A stretch of DNA of 63,817 nucleotides, the filler included, from an uncultured bacterium (lineage in GTDB: Bacteria > DAOPZR01), in NCBI GenBank assembly GCA_964637655.1. It is 5 parts of 5 records of this genome, joined end to end, with 100 filler letters (N's around TTAATTAATTAA, not from the genome) between each part and the next. Parts side by side here need not be neighbours in the genome. Positions count along the whole stretch, not along the records: positions 25,948 to 38,691 come from CAZWUZ010000093.1; positions 38,792 to 51,420 come from CAZWUZ010000094.1; 3 more parts are not named here. The stretch is one strand, 5' to 3'. The notes beneath the pieces were generated by a model. It ran no database searches, had not been told where the DNA came from, and saw only the letters and a program-made list of their open reading frames with translations. A program made the translations under genes and the position numbers. Each line of letters begins with the position of its first letter. Positions within the stretch are counted from its first letter, which is position 1. This document shows positions 29,496-38,793 of this stretch, piece by piece.

Positions 29496-30313
29496 CACAG
29501 GTACTCCGCCAGCCGCCGCCGCTGCGCGGCGAAGATGACCCAACCGGCGAGCAGCAGCGCTATGGTGAGCGGGATGCCATAACTGACGGCGGGAAGTGCC
29601 GCACAAACGGAGGCGCCTTGCACACCGATTTCAGTAGTGGTACCCAACATGCAACCGCGTGCCACGGTTACCCAGGTGGCGTAAGGATTCAGCAGGTAGG
29701 TAATCGCCGCCCAGTCCGGAACTCGGGCGAGAGCCTCAGAGAGAGGGTAGAGCACGGGCGAGGCGAAGAAGCCGACCTGCAGCAGGACGGGGACGAAATG
29801 GTTGGTGTCCTTGAAGCGCACCGCCAGCACGGAGACGATGAGCGAGAGCGCGGCGGCGAGCAGCGCGCAGACGGCAGCGGCGACGAGCACCCAGAGCCAG
29901 CCAGGGGACGGATAGACACCCTGCATCAGGCAGAAGAGGATGAGGACGGGGAGCGCGCAGAAGAAGTTGACCACGCCGCCGGCGACGACGGAAAGGGGAA
30001 AGATCTCCAGCGGCAGGTAGACCTTCTTGATGAGCGAGGCGTTGCCGATGATGGCGTAGATGGAAGTGTTGACGCTGTCAGCGATGAGGTTCCAGAGGAG
30101 GATGCCGAGGAGCAGTTCGAGCGCGTAGTGCGGGCGGTCGAACCGCGCAAAGGTGGAAAAGACGAAGTAGAAGATGCCGCACATGAGGAGCGGGTTGAGC
30201 AGCGTCCAGAGATAGCCGAAGAAGGAACCCTTGTAGCGGTTCTTGAGGTCGCGGATGACGAGCATCCGCAGCAGTTCGCGGTAGCGGTACAGTTCCCGCA
30301 GGCGGGCAATCAT
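29495..30313 (-). CDS. wzm: ABC-2 polysaccharide export permease
   Basis: RDLKNRYKGSFFGYLWTLLNPLL, NASLIKKVYLPLE, FFASPVLYP. Confidence 0.93.
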
Positions 30314-30912
30314 GCGTCCGGTTTCTTGATCACGCGCGCCTGTTCCTCAAGTTCCGCGATGATCTTGTGCGCATCCGCCAGCGCGCGGATGCGGCGGATG
30401 CACGGGTGCGGGGCGATGTCGCGGTTCCACGGGTAGTCGATGAGCAGCAGCGGGATGCCTGCGTCAGCGAGCGGGCGGCCGTACTCATAACTGTCCTCAA
30501 TGAACAGGTCGAGGCGCCGCCCCGCCTGCTGCGACGCCTGCAGTTTGTTGAGCCGGTCGATAAATATCAGTTCGTCGTAGGCGATCTTGTGCTGGCGCAG
30601 CCACGCCTTGGTCTCGATCTCGACGTAGTGGCGCGGGCGCCCGGTGATGAGAATGATGGCGTGCTTCTTGGCGAGGCGGGCGGTGAACTCGACCGCGCCG
30701 CGCACCGGTTTGATGCGGCTCCACCCGCCCTGCCGGGCGAAGAGTTTCCAGAAATGCGCCGCATCATCCTCATTGATGCCGAGCGCATCCTCGAAACGGT
30801 AGGTGGTGATGTCCGCCGGGGTCCACTGTTTGCCATGCAGCAGGTTGAGCAGCTGCAGAAAACTGGGGACGGAGTCAGCGAGCACCCCGTCGATGTCGAT
30901 GCCGATATTCAC
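30310..30912 (-). CDS. HAD-family 5'(3')-nucleotidase (NT5C-like)
   Basis: GTG start; IGIDIDGVLAD, ITGRP, FIEDS, YPWNR. Confidence 0.85.
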   Translation of the reverse strand: MNIGIDIDGVLADSVPSFLQLLNLLHGKQWTPADITTYRFEDALGINEDDAAHFWKLFARQGGWSRIKPVRGAVEFTARLAKKHAIILITGRPRHYVEIETKAWLRQHKIAYDELIFIDRLNKLQASQQAGRRLDLFIEDSYEYGRPLADAGIPLLLIDYPWNRDIAPHPCIRRIRALADAHKIIAELEEQARVIKKPDA

Positions 30913-30937
30913 GCCGGTGCACGCCCTTTCCGAGGCA

Positions 30938-30966
30938 TTGACAAGGTAGCGACTGTGTAGTATAAT
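30938..30966 (+). promoter_or_regulatory. Consensus sigma-70 promoter of tRNA-Phe
   Basis: TTGACA-17 nt-TATAAT. Confidence 0.85.
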
Positions 30967-30999
30967 ATCATCTGACAATTGATTGCAAGTTGTCGCGGT

Positions 31000-31075
31000 G
31001 CCGAGATAGCTCAGCTGGTAGAGCACAGGACTGAAAATCCTGGTGTCCCCAGTTCAATCCTGGGTCTCGGCACCA
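31000..31075 (+). tRNA. tRNA-Phe(GAA)
   Basis: GCCGAGA/TCTCGGC acceptor stem, CAGGA-CTGAAAA-TCCTG anticodon arm, GTTCAA T-loop, encoded CCA. Confidence 0.97.
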
Positions 31076-31186
31076 TTTTCCATTTGCTGACATACCCGGG
31101 CGCCGCAGGTGGTGGTGCGACGGGACGGCATTTCCCGGTACCGGGAAATTCTGCCGGAACAGGCATATCATGACAAGGGGGCTGTG

Positions 31187-31633
31187 ATGGGAATGGTGGA
31201 ACGGGCTATACGTGAAGAGGTTGTCCGACTGGCACGGCGCGAAGCGCGCAAACTGACGGAGCCGTTGCGCGAAGAGGTCAAGCGGCTGAAAAAACGCACG
31301 GTGGGGCAGAAAGCGCACCTCGCGGCGCTCGAACGGAAACTGGACGGGATGCAGGCCGGTGCCCGCCTGAAGGAAAAGACCGCGCAGGCGGCGTCCGGTG
31401 CGGTGAAGGGGCGCCTGTCGCCCCGGCTGATCAAATCGCTGCGCAAGCGGTTGAAACTGTCGCAGCAGCAGTTTGCGAAACTGCTGGGGGTGAGTGCCAT
31501 CACCATCGGCAGCTGGGAGAAGGGGAAAAGCGCCCCGCGTCCCGAACTGAAGGCCAGGGTGCTGTCGCTGCGGGGAATGGGGCGGCGCGAGGCAAAACTG
31601 CTGGTGGCCGGCCCGGGCAAGGGCGCACAGTAA
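31187..31633 (+). CDS. Coiled-coil + XRE-family HTH DNA-binding protein
   Basis: IREEVVRLARRE coiled coil; IKSLRKRLKLSQQQFAKLLGVSAITIGSWEKGK. Confidence 0.85.
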   Translation: MGMVERAIREEVVRLARREARKLTEPLREEVKRLKKRTVGQKAHLAALERKLDGMQAGARLKEKTAQAASGAVKGRLSPRLIKSLRKRLKLSQQQFAKLLGVSAITIGSWEKGKSAPRPELKARVLSLRGMGRREAKLLVAGPGKGAQ

Positions 31634-31758
31634 ACGCAACCGCAACGCTCACGGGTGCCGCGGCAGTGACACTGCCGCAGCACCCGTTTTCTTTTTCCTG
31701 CACCTGCTGTCATGGCAATCCGCTGACGCAACTGTTCAGCCCGTTTGTTTCCATGTTT

Positions 31759-31850
31759 CCCTTCTCCGTTGGGGAGAGAAAGCCGCGCAGCGGCAGGTGA
31801 ATCGCAAACCTGCGCTCACCCTGCACCCTCTCCAGGTGGCAGAGGGAACA
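31759..31850. repeat. Degenerate pair of REP-like palindromes (same family as the addB insertions)
   Basis: CCCTTCTCC...GGAGAGAAAGCCGCgcaGCGGCAGGTGA, then inverted CTCACCCTGCACCCTCTCC...GAGGG. Confidence 0.6.
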
Positions 31851-31907
31851 GCGGCAATCGGCTGAATAGTTGCCCGCTGACAAGGAAAACAAGACCGGCC
31901 AGCCCGC

Positions 31908-32885
31908 TTAGCGGGTGACGGTACCGAAACTGGTGTGGCCGAGGGTGTAGAGCAGTATGGCGCCGCCGCCGGGGGAGGCAACCTCGCAGGCGAGGCGCAG
32001 TCCGTCAGGTGACCAGGCGACGCTGCGCTCATCGGCGTCGCTGTGGGTCAGCCGGGTGGGATGGCTGCCGTCGGCGTTGACCGCCCAGACGTCGCCACCT
32101 TCATCGGCGGTGAGCGTGATAAAGGCGAGCATGGTGCCATCGGGCGACCAGCAGGGGGCGGTCTGGTCGCCGGGGGCGACGACCAGCGGGGTGAGTGTTT
32201 CATCGCTGAGCTGGAGCAGCCAGAGGTCAGCACTGCCGTTGCGGTCACTGACCAGCGCGAGATAATCCCCATCGGGAGAAACGGCGGGCGCGGCGAAATT
32301 GACACGCTCTTCGCCCAGCAGCAGCTTGTCTTTGCTGCCGTCAGGAGCGCAGTGCCGCAGTTCGCGCCCGGTGGCAGTGTGGGCGATGTAGTAGAGCAGG
32401 TCGCCGTCGCCGCTCCACGCGGGTTGTTCCGCGCGCCTGTGTGTGGTCACCTGCTGCAGGGTGGTGCCGTCGGCTACCCAGATATCGCCGCCGCGGGCGA
32501 AGGCGAGTTGTTTGCGGTCGGGTGACGGGACGGGCTGCAGGCAGGCACTGGCCGGGAGGCGTGAGGCAAAGCGGGGTTCGGCGGTCGCGGGAAAGCGGAG
32601 CAGCGGCTGCAGCCCGGTGGTGAGGCGGAAACGGACAAGTTCGCTCACGCCATCAACCGTCAGGGCCGCGAGAAAGGCATCAGCGCTCTCCCAGGCCGGC
32701 GATGAGGCACCCTGACGGTTATCGCCCAGCAGCGGCAGCGACTGAGTGACAATGAGCCCGGCGGCATTGCCGGCGGGCAGCGGCCCCCGGCGGCTGCAGG
32801 TGAGATAGAGTCCCCCGCCCAGCAGCAGCAGGAGAACCCCGGCAACGACGTAGCGCAGGCGGCGCGCCCGCGGCGAAGCGTCCAT
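31908..32885 (-). CDS. Membrane-anchored TolB-like (PD40) beta-propeller protein
   Basis: N-terminal TM; repeated PxxSPDG motifs (PSPDRKQLAF, PAVSPDG, PCWSPDG, AWSPDG). Confidence 0.85.
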   Translation of the reverse strand: MDASPRARRLRYVVAGVLLLLLGGGLYLTCSRRGPLPAGNAAGLIVTQSLPLLGDNRQGASSPAWESADAFLAALTVDGVSELVRFRLTTGLQPLLRFPATAEPRFASRLPASACLQPVPSPDRKQLAFARGGDIWVADGTTLQQVTTHRRAEQPAWSGDGDLLYYIAHTATGRELRHCAPDGSKDKLLLGEERVNFAAPAVSPDGDYLALVSDRNGSADLWLLQLSDETLTPLVVAPGDQTAPCWSPDGTMLAFITLTADEGGDVWAVNADGSHPTRLTHSDADERSVAWSPDGLRLACEVASPGGGAILLYTLGHTSFGTVTR

Positions 32886-32891
32886 GGGCGC

Positions 32892-32959
32892 ATGGTAGCA
32901 CAGCGTCGGGAAAGCGTCAAGGAGTACGCGTTGACAGGTGGCGGCGGGTGTGCTAATAT
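32892..32959. promoter_or_regulatory. Divergent sigma-70 promoters
   Basis: Minus strand: TTGACG(32920-32915)-17-TACCAT(32897-32892), 6 nt before ATG 32885. Plus strand: TTGACA(32931)-17-TAATAT(32954). Confidence 0.65.
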
Positions 32960-33021
32960 ATTTAGGTGTCAATACTGCGGTTGCGGGCGTGCCGGGAACG
33001 GCGTCCGGGAACGGAGACGGG

Positions 33022-34023
33022 ATGATGCGCGCGACAGCGATCACGGTGACGGTGCTGCTGGCGGTGCTGCTGGCGGGGTGCCAGCACACGGGCCTGTTCC
33101 GGCGGCAGGTGGACATCCGCATGGAACAGATTCAGCCGCAGACCATTGCCCACAGCGGCAATACGGTGGAGTTACAGTTCTATGTCACGGCCAATGGCCG
33201 GCCGCTGCCGGGCATGAACCTCGCCTACCGGGTGTTGCCGGAGGAGGCGGGCGCGGTCAAGTCGCTGACGGAAGCGACGGACGCCGACGGCCTCGACCGC
33301 ACCTACTACTACCAGAACCGGCCCATTTCGGGGGGGACGCCGCAGGTGCTGGTCGAGGCGCGGTGCGGCGATTTCGTCAAGCAGTTCCCGCTGCAGTTGC
33401 GGGCCTACAACCGCGTGGTGGAAGAGGACATGACGGTGCTGACCGATCAGAGCAAGACCCTGCTCGAGGCGGCGTCGGACAATGTCTACGCGGCGCGCCT
33501 GGCCATCGATTTCGGCAACTACTACGACGCGATGCTCTTTCTGACCGCGGCGGAGACCTATCTCGACTACATGGAAGTGCACAGTGACGTGGAGCGCGAG
33601 GCAAAACTGCGGCGTGAGATCGCGCGCTACCGCGAACTGGTGCGGGCCGCGGCGTTCCCGAGGGATGAGCCGGCGACGGAGCCGGTGGTGCTGCAGAATG
33701 TGCATTTTGAAACGGGCAAGTGGGACCTGCTGCCGCAGGGCCAGCCGGCGCTGGATGCGGTCGGCACCTTCCTGCGCGAGAATCCAGCGGTGCGCATCCG
33801 CATCAACGGGCACACGGACAACGTCCCCATCCCGATGGGCAACCTGCTGCTGTCGCTGCACCGCGCGCAGGCGGTCAAGGAATACCTGATGCGGCGGCAC
33901 GGCATCACCACCGAGCGGCTGATCGTACGCGGTTGCGGCGATGAGCGCCCGCGCGGCAGCAATGACACCGTGGAAGGGCGCGCGCTCAACCGCCGCGTCG
34001 ACTACGAGATCATCGCGCAGTAG
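33022..34023 (+). CDS. OmpA-family peptidoglycan-binding lipoprotein
   Basis: Lipobox LAGC; NVHFETGKWDL, GHTDN, NLLLSLHRAQAVK, GRALNRRVD. Confidence 0.9.
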   Translation: MMRATAITVTVLLAVLLAGCQHTGLFRRQVDIRMEQIQPQTIAHSGNTVELQFYVTANGRPLPGMNLAYRVLPEEAGAVKSLTEATDADGLDRTYYYQNRPISGGTPQVLVEARCGDFVKQFPLQLRAYNRVVEEDMTVLTDQSKTLLEAASDNVYAARLAIDFGNYYDAMLFLTAAETYLDYMEVHSDVEREAKLRREIARYRELVRAAAFPRDEPATEPVVLQNVHFETGKWDLLPQGQPALDAVGTFLRENPAVRIRINGHTDNVPIPMGNLLLSLHRAQAVKEYLMRRHGITTERLIVRGCGDERPRGSNDTVEGRALNRRVDYEIIAQ

Positions 34024-34024
34024 C

Positions 34025-34369
34025 ATGGTCTGGCGCGGCCTGCCCGCGCTGCTCTGGGCGGGACTGCTCTGGACAGTATCCGGAACCCCGGCCGCAGGAC
34101 TGCCGCCGCTCTTTCCCGGGGCGGACAAACTGGCGCACCTGGCGGCGTACGCGGTGCTCGGCCTGCTGCTGGCGCGTATCTGGCCGGTGACGGCGGCGGC
34201 GGGCGCACGACAGGTGCTGACGCTGGGCACGGCCTACGGGATTACCGATGAAATCCACCAGTACTTTGTGGCGGGACGGACGACGGAAACGGGCGACATG
34301 GCAGCCGACTGGCTGGGTGTGGCGCTCGCGGTCTGGCTGCTGCGCCGCCGCGCGGAGGTGAGACGATGA
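34025..34369 (+). CDS. VanZ-family membrane protein
   Basis: DKLAHLAAYAVLG, YGITDEIHQYFVAGR, DMAADWLG. Confidence 0.88.
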   Translation: MVWRGLPALLWAGLLWTVSGTPAAGLPPLFPGADKLAHLAAYAVLGLLLARIWPVTAAAGARQVLTLGTAYGITDEIHQYFVAGRTTETGDMAADWLGVALAVWLLRRRAEVRR

Positions 34370-35391
34370 TCAAAGAGGCGCTGGCCCGCTGGCTCGAACG
34401 GCAGGATGTGAGCGAGGCGGACGCGGCCGCGGTAATGGGGGAAATCATGCGCGGGGAGGCGACCCCGGCGCAGGTCGGCGGCGCGCTCGTCGCGCTGCGC
34501 ATGAAGGGGGAATCGCCGGCCGAGGTGGCGGGGATGGTGCGCGGCATGCGCGCCGCCATGGTAGCCGTCGACGCGGGGACACCGGACGCGGTCGACACCT
34601 GCGGCACAGGCGGCGACGGCACGCACACCTTCAACATCTCGACGGCGGCCGCACTGGTGGCGGCCGGGGCGGGGGCGACAGTGGCCAAGCACGGCAACCG
34701 TTCGGTCTCGTCGCTGTGCGGCAGCGCCGACGTCTTCGAGGCGCTCGGGGTCAATGTCAACCCGGGGAAGGAAACGGCGGAACGGCTGCTGCGCGAGGTG
34801 CGGCTGGTGTTTCTCTTTGCCCCGGCCTTTCATCCGGCAATGAAACATGCCATCGGGCCGCGGCGCGAGCTGGGCGTGCGCACGGTGTTCAACATGCTCG
34901 GTCCGCTGTGCAATCCGGCGCAGGTGCGGCGCCAGCTGGTCGGGGTCTATTCGCGTCCGGCGCAGGAACTGATGGCCGGGGCGCTGGCGCGGCTGGAGAC
35001 GAAGCATGCGCTGCTGGTCAACAGCGGTGACGGGCTGGACGAGATTTCACTGGCGGGCCCGACGCGCGCGCTGGAGGTGCGTGACGGGCAGGTGACGGAA
35101 CTGGTCATCGACCCGGCGGCGCTGGGACTGGCGCGGGCGGAGGTGGCGGCGCTGAAAGGCGGCGATGCGGCGCACAATGCCGGCATCATCACCGCGGTGC
35201 TGGCCGGACAGGGGAGCGACGCGCAGCGCGATATCGTGTTGCTCAACACGGCGGCTGTGCTGCTGATTGCGGACAAGGCGCGCGACCTGGTGGATGGGCT
35301 GATGCAGGCGCGGCAGAGCATCGCGTCGGGTGCGGCGCGCGGGGTGCTGGAACAACTGCGGGCGCTGGCCCCGGTCCCGGCGAAGGGATGA
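34366..35391 (+). CDS. trpD: Anthranilate phosphoribosyltransferase
   Basis: DTCGTGGDG, FNISTAA, KHGNRSVSS.CGSADV, HPAMK, RTVFNMLGPL, DGLDE. Confidence 0.97.
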   Translation: MIKEALARWLERQDVSEADAAAVMGEIMRGEATPAQVGGALVALRMKGESPAEVAGMVRGMRAAMVAVDAGTPDAVDTCGTGGDGTHTFNISTAAALVAAGAGATVAKHGNRSVSSLCGSADVFEALGVNVNPGKETAERLLREVRLVFLFAPAFHPAMKHAIGPRRELGVRTVFNMLGPLCNPAQVRRQLVGVYSRPAQELMAGALARLETKHALLVNSGDGLDEISLAGPTRALEVRDGQVTELVIDPAALGLARAEVAALKGGDAAHNAGIITAVLAGQGSDAQRDIVLLNTAAVLLIADKARDLVDGLMQARQSIASGAARGVLEQLRALAPVPAKG

Positions 35392-36761
35392 ACAAACTCG
35401 CGGAAATCTGCGCGGCGCGGGCGCAGCGCACGGGGGCGGGCAGTCGCCTGCTGCCGGAGCGCCTCCCCGACCTGCCGCCGCGGCGCGACTGGGCGGGTGC
35501 GCTGCGCGCGCGGCGCGGTGCCATCATCGCCGAATGCAAGTCGGCCTCGCCGAGTCAGGGGCTGATCCGCGGCGCCTATGATCCGGCGGCTTTGGCGCGC
35601 GCGTATCAGCTGGGCGGGGCGGACGCGCTCTCGGTGCTGACGGAACCGCGGTGGTTCGGCGGCAGCGACGAGCACCTGCGCGCGGCGCGCGCGGCGGTGC
35701 CGCTGCCGGTGTTGCGCAAGGATTTCATGCTCGACCCGCTCGACCTGCTGGAGAGCCGGCTGCTGGGCGCGGACGCGGTGCTGCTCATCGTCGCGGCGCT
35801 CGGGGAGAACCTGTCCCTGATGCTCGACGCGGCGCGGCGGGTGGGGGTGGACGCGCTGGTCGAGATACATGACGCGACGGAACTCGACGCGACGGCGCAC
35901 GCAAACGCGTCACTGATCAACATCAACAACCACGACCTGCGGACGCCGCCGCGTCGAGTTCCGCCGCGTGAACGGCTGGCGCCGCGGGTCCCTGCGGGAG
36001 CGCTGCTCATCAGCGAGAGTGGTATCGAGAGTGGCGCGGATTTCGCGCGCGCACGGCGGGCCGGGGCGCAGGCGGCGCTGATCGGCACCGCGCTGTCGGG
36101 GCAGGCGGACGCGGCGGCTGCGCTGACGCGCCTGCGGCGGGGCGCCGGCGTCGAGGTGAAGATCTGCGGCGTCACGCAGCCGGAGCAGGCGCAGGCCATC
36201 GCGCTGGCCGGAGCGGACTATATCGGCATCAATTTCTATGCGCCTTCGCCGCGGTCGGTCGACGCGGCGCGCGGCAGCGAGGTGGCGGTGGCGGCGCGGT
36301 CGGGTGGCGCGCGCACAATCGGCATTTTCGTCGACGAGGACGCGGGCCGGGTGCGTGACCTCGCGGCGCAGTGCCGGCTCGACTTTGTGCAGCTGCACGG
36401 GCGTGAAACCCCGGACTATGCCGGGGCGCTCGAGCGCCCCTATGTGCGGGCGTTCAAGGTGAATGCTGCGTTCAGCGCGGTGCAGGCGGCGGAATTCAGC
36501 GGTGCCGCGGCGTGGCTCTTTGATGCAGGGAGCACGGCGCTGGCAGGGGGAACCGGCGAGACCTTCGACTGGTCGCGCCTCGCCGCAGTGCCGCGGCAGC
36601 GCCCGCTCTTTCTCGCCGGCGGTATCACCCCGGAGAACGTGGCGGCAGCCGTGGCGGCCGCCGACCCCGACGTGCTCGATATCGCCTCGGGGGTGGAGTC
36701 AGTCCCGGGCATCAAGGATATGGCGAAAGTCGCCGCGGTACTGCGCGCCGCCGGCCGGTAG
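35388..36761 (+). CDS. trpCF: Fused indole-3-glycerol-phosphate synthase / phosphoribosylanthranilate isomerase
   Basis: IIAECKSASPSQG, LSVLTE, LRKDF, SESGI, then VKICGVT, QLHGRE, GGTGETFDW, LAGGITPEN, SGVES.PGIKD. Confidence 0.92.
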   Translation: MNKLAEICAARAQRTGAGSRLLPERLPDLPPRRDWAGALRARRGAIIAECKSASPSQGLIRGAYDPAALARAYQLGGADALSVLTEPRWFGGSDEHLRAARAAVPLPVLRKDFMLDPLDLLESRLLGADAVLLIVAALGENLSLMLDAARRVGVDALVEIHDATELDATAHANASLININNHDLRTPPRRVPPRERLAPRVPAGALLISESGIESGADFARARRAGAQAALIGTALSGQADAAAALTRLRRGAGVEVKICGVTQPEQAQAIALAGADYIGINFYAPSPRSVDAARGSEVAVAARSGGARTIGIFVDEDAGRVRDLAAQCRLDFVQLHGRETPDYAGALERPYVRAFKVNAAFSAVQAAEFSGAAAWLFDAGSTALAGGTGETFDWSRLAAVPRQRPLFLAGGITPENVAAAVAAADPDVLDIASGVESVPGIKDMAKVAAVLRAAGR

Positions 36762-36797
36762 CACCCGGTCAGCGCCGCGCTGCCCGGCGGTGTTCCC

Positions 36798-37382
36798 CTA
36801 TTTCATCCTGACGCTGACAATGGAAATAGTCGGTTCGGGGAGGTCGGTGAACGGTCCGCCGCGGTTGGCCTTGGGCGCGGACGCGATGGCGCGGACCACA
36901 TCGAGGCCGCGGACGACCCGGCCGAAGACCGCGTAATTCCCGTCGAGAAAGTGGCGGTCACCATCACAGATAAAAAACTGATTGGAGCCCCCGACCCGGG
37001 CGGCGGTGCTGGCCATCGACAGCGCTCCGTCGACGTGCGTGAGGGTCGGATCGGACTCGAACGGGATCGGGGCCGTGTTCCGCTGCTGCCCCTGCGCGGT
37101 GAACCCGCCCCCCTGGATCATGAAGTCCTTGATCACCCGGTGAAAGATCAGCCCGTCGTAAAATCCGTCGTTGACCAGTTTGACGAAATTGGCGACGGTT
37201 TGCGGCGTCCGGTCGGCGTACAATTCGACCTCGATTTCCCCCTTGCTGGTGGTGATGAGCGCGTGCGGGTTGGCACCCGGTGTGGCAGCCGGTGTAGTGG
37301 CAGCAGGCGGCGCGGCGGGTTCCTGACCCTGACAGGCGGCGAGCAGCAGCAGCGAACAGCAGACAAGCAGCAGGCGTGACAT
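36798..37382 (-). CDS. Cyclophilin-type peptidyl-prolyl isomerase, lipoprotein
   Basis: Lipobox LAAC; TPQTVANF, FYDGLIFHRVIKDFMIQGGG, QFFI, LDGNYAVFGRV. Confidence 0.92.
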   Translation of the reverse strand: MSRLLLVCCSLLLLAACQGQEPAAPPAATTPAATPGANPHALITTSKGEIEVELYADRTPQTVANFVKLVNDGFYDGLIFHRVIKDFMIQGGGFTAQGQQRNTAPIPFESDPTLTHVDGALSMASTAARVGGSNQFFICDGDRHFLDGNYAVFGRVVRGLDVVRAIASAPKANRGGPFTDLPEPTISIVSVRMK

Positions 37383-37456
37383 GGGCAACTCCTTGCGGGT
37401 AATGGGACGCCGGGCAAAGATGCCCGGCGTCCTGAGTGTTCAGTGGCTACGGCGAC

Positions 37457-38691
37457 TCACGGATAGATGCCGCGGTGGCGCAGCGCCTCGGCGACCTTGT
37501 TGATGGCGACCATGTAGGCACCCAGGCGCATCGAGACCTTTTCCTCGCGCGTTTTCGTCCAGACCTCGGCGAAGGCGTTGTCCATGACGGTGCGCAGGCG
37601 GTTGTTGACGTCGTCCTCGCTCCAGAAATACTCCTGCAGGCCCTGCACCCATTCGAAGTAGGAAACCGTCACGCCGCCGGCATTGGCAAGAATGTCGGGG
37701 ATGACGATGATGCCGCGGTCGTTGAGGATGCGGTCGGCCTCGGGCGTGGTCGGGCCGTTGGCGCCCTCGGCGATGATGCGCGCCTTGATCTTCGGCGCGT
37801 TCTCTTTCGTGATGACTCCTTCGAGCGCGGCCGGGACGAGCACATCGCACTTGCAGGTGAGAACGTCTGCGGGGCAGATGGCCTCGGCCTTGCGGTACCC
37901 CTTCACCCCGCGGTGCTGCTGCACATACTCAAGCAGGTCGGGGATATCGAGCCCGTTGCGGTTCTGCACGGCGCCGGTGACATCGCTGACGGCGACAACC
38001 TTGCAGCCGACCTCGTGGAAGAGGCGGGCAGCGACGCCGCCGACGTTGCCGAAGCCCTGCACGGCGATGGTGGTGCCCTGCGGGTTGATGCCGAGCTGCT
38101 TGAAGAGGTTGAGCGTGACGAAGAGGAGACCGCGCCCGGTGGCGGCGAAGCGGCCGAGCGAACCGCCGATGGCAATCGGCTTGCCGGTGACGACGCCCGG
38201 GGTGGCGAAGCCCTGGTTCATGGAGTACGTATCCATGATCCAGCCCATGATCTGCGGGTTGGTATTGACGTCAGGGGCGGGGATGTCCTTGGCCGGCCCG
38301 ATGATGAGCTGCAGTTCGTTGGCGTAGCGGCGGGTCATGCGTTCGAGTTCCGCCAGCGACAGGGTCGAGGGGTCAACGACGACCCCGCCCTTGGCGCCAC
38401 CATAGGGGATGTTGACCACGGCGCATTTCCAGGTCATCCACATGGCCAGCGCGCGCACTTCGTTGATGGTGACATCCTGGTGGAAGCGGATGCCCCCTTG
38501 TAGGGGCCGCGCACGTCGTTGTGCTGCACGCGGTAGCCGGTGAAAAGTTTGAGTTTCCCGTCGTCACCCTTGAACGGCACGGAAACCGTCAGCTCGCGGC
38601 GGGGATGCTGCAGGTAGAGGTGAACACTGTCATCGAGTTTGAGGCGGCGGGCGACGATGTCGAGTTGTTCAAGTGCTACTTCCCACGGGTC
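37457..38691 (-). CDS. gdhA: Glu/Leu/Phe/Val dehydrogenase (glutamate dehydrogenase); 5' end truncated, 1-nt frameshift near 38493-38497
   Basis: [60 protein letters not shown]. The upstream [21 protein letters not shown] is broken at a G5 run. Confidence 0.92.
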
Positions 38692-38791
38692 NNNNNNNNN
38701 NNNNNNNNNNNNNNNNNNNNNNNNNNNNNNNNNNNTTAATTAATTAANNNNNNNNNNNNNNNNNNNNNNNNNNNNNNNNNNNNNNNNNNNN
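38692..38791. other. Assembly spacer / contig junction
   Basis: N run with TTAATTAATTAA linker. Confidence 0.98.
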
Positions 38792-38793
38792 CC

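Noticed and set aside
31000-31900. Possible island at tRNA-Phe (XRE regulator downstream)
   Set aside because: There is no integrase, no visible duplicate of the tRNA 3' end and no composition shift; only a lone HTH gene and REP-like repeats.
35930-35975. Odd TrpC segment (DLRTPPRRVPPRERLA) replacing the usual hydrophobic motif
   Set aside because: It could be a short compensated frameshift or local sequence error. The assembly shows other indel errors and this cannot be resolved without reads.
38485-38505. gdhA frameshift as programmed recoding or pseudogenisation
   Set aside because: A single G is missing from a homopolymer in the conserved KGGIR motif near a contig end, and the rest of the gene is intact. 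Sequencing error is most likely.
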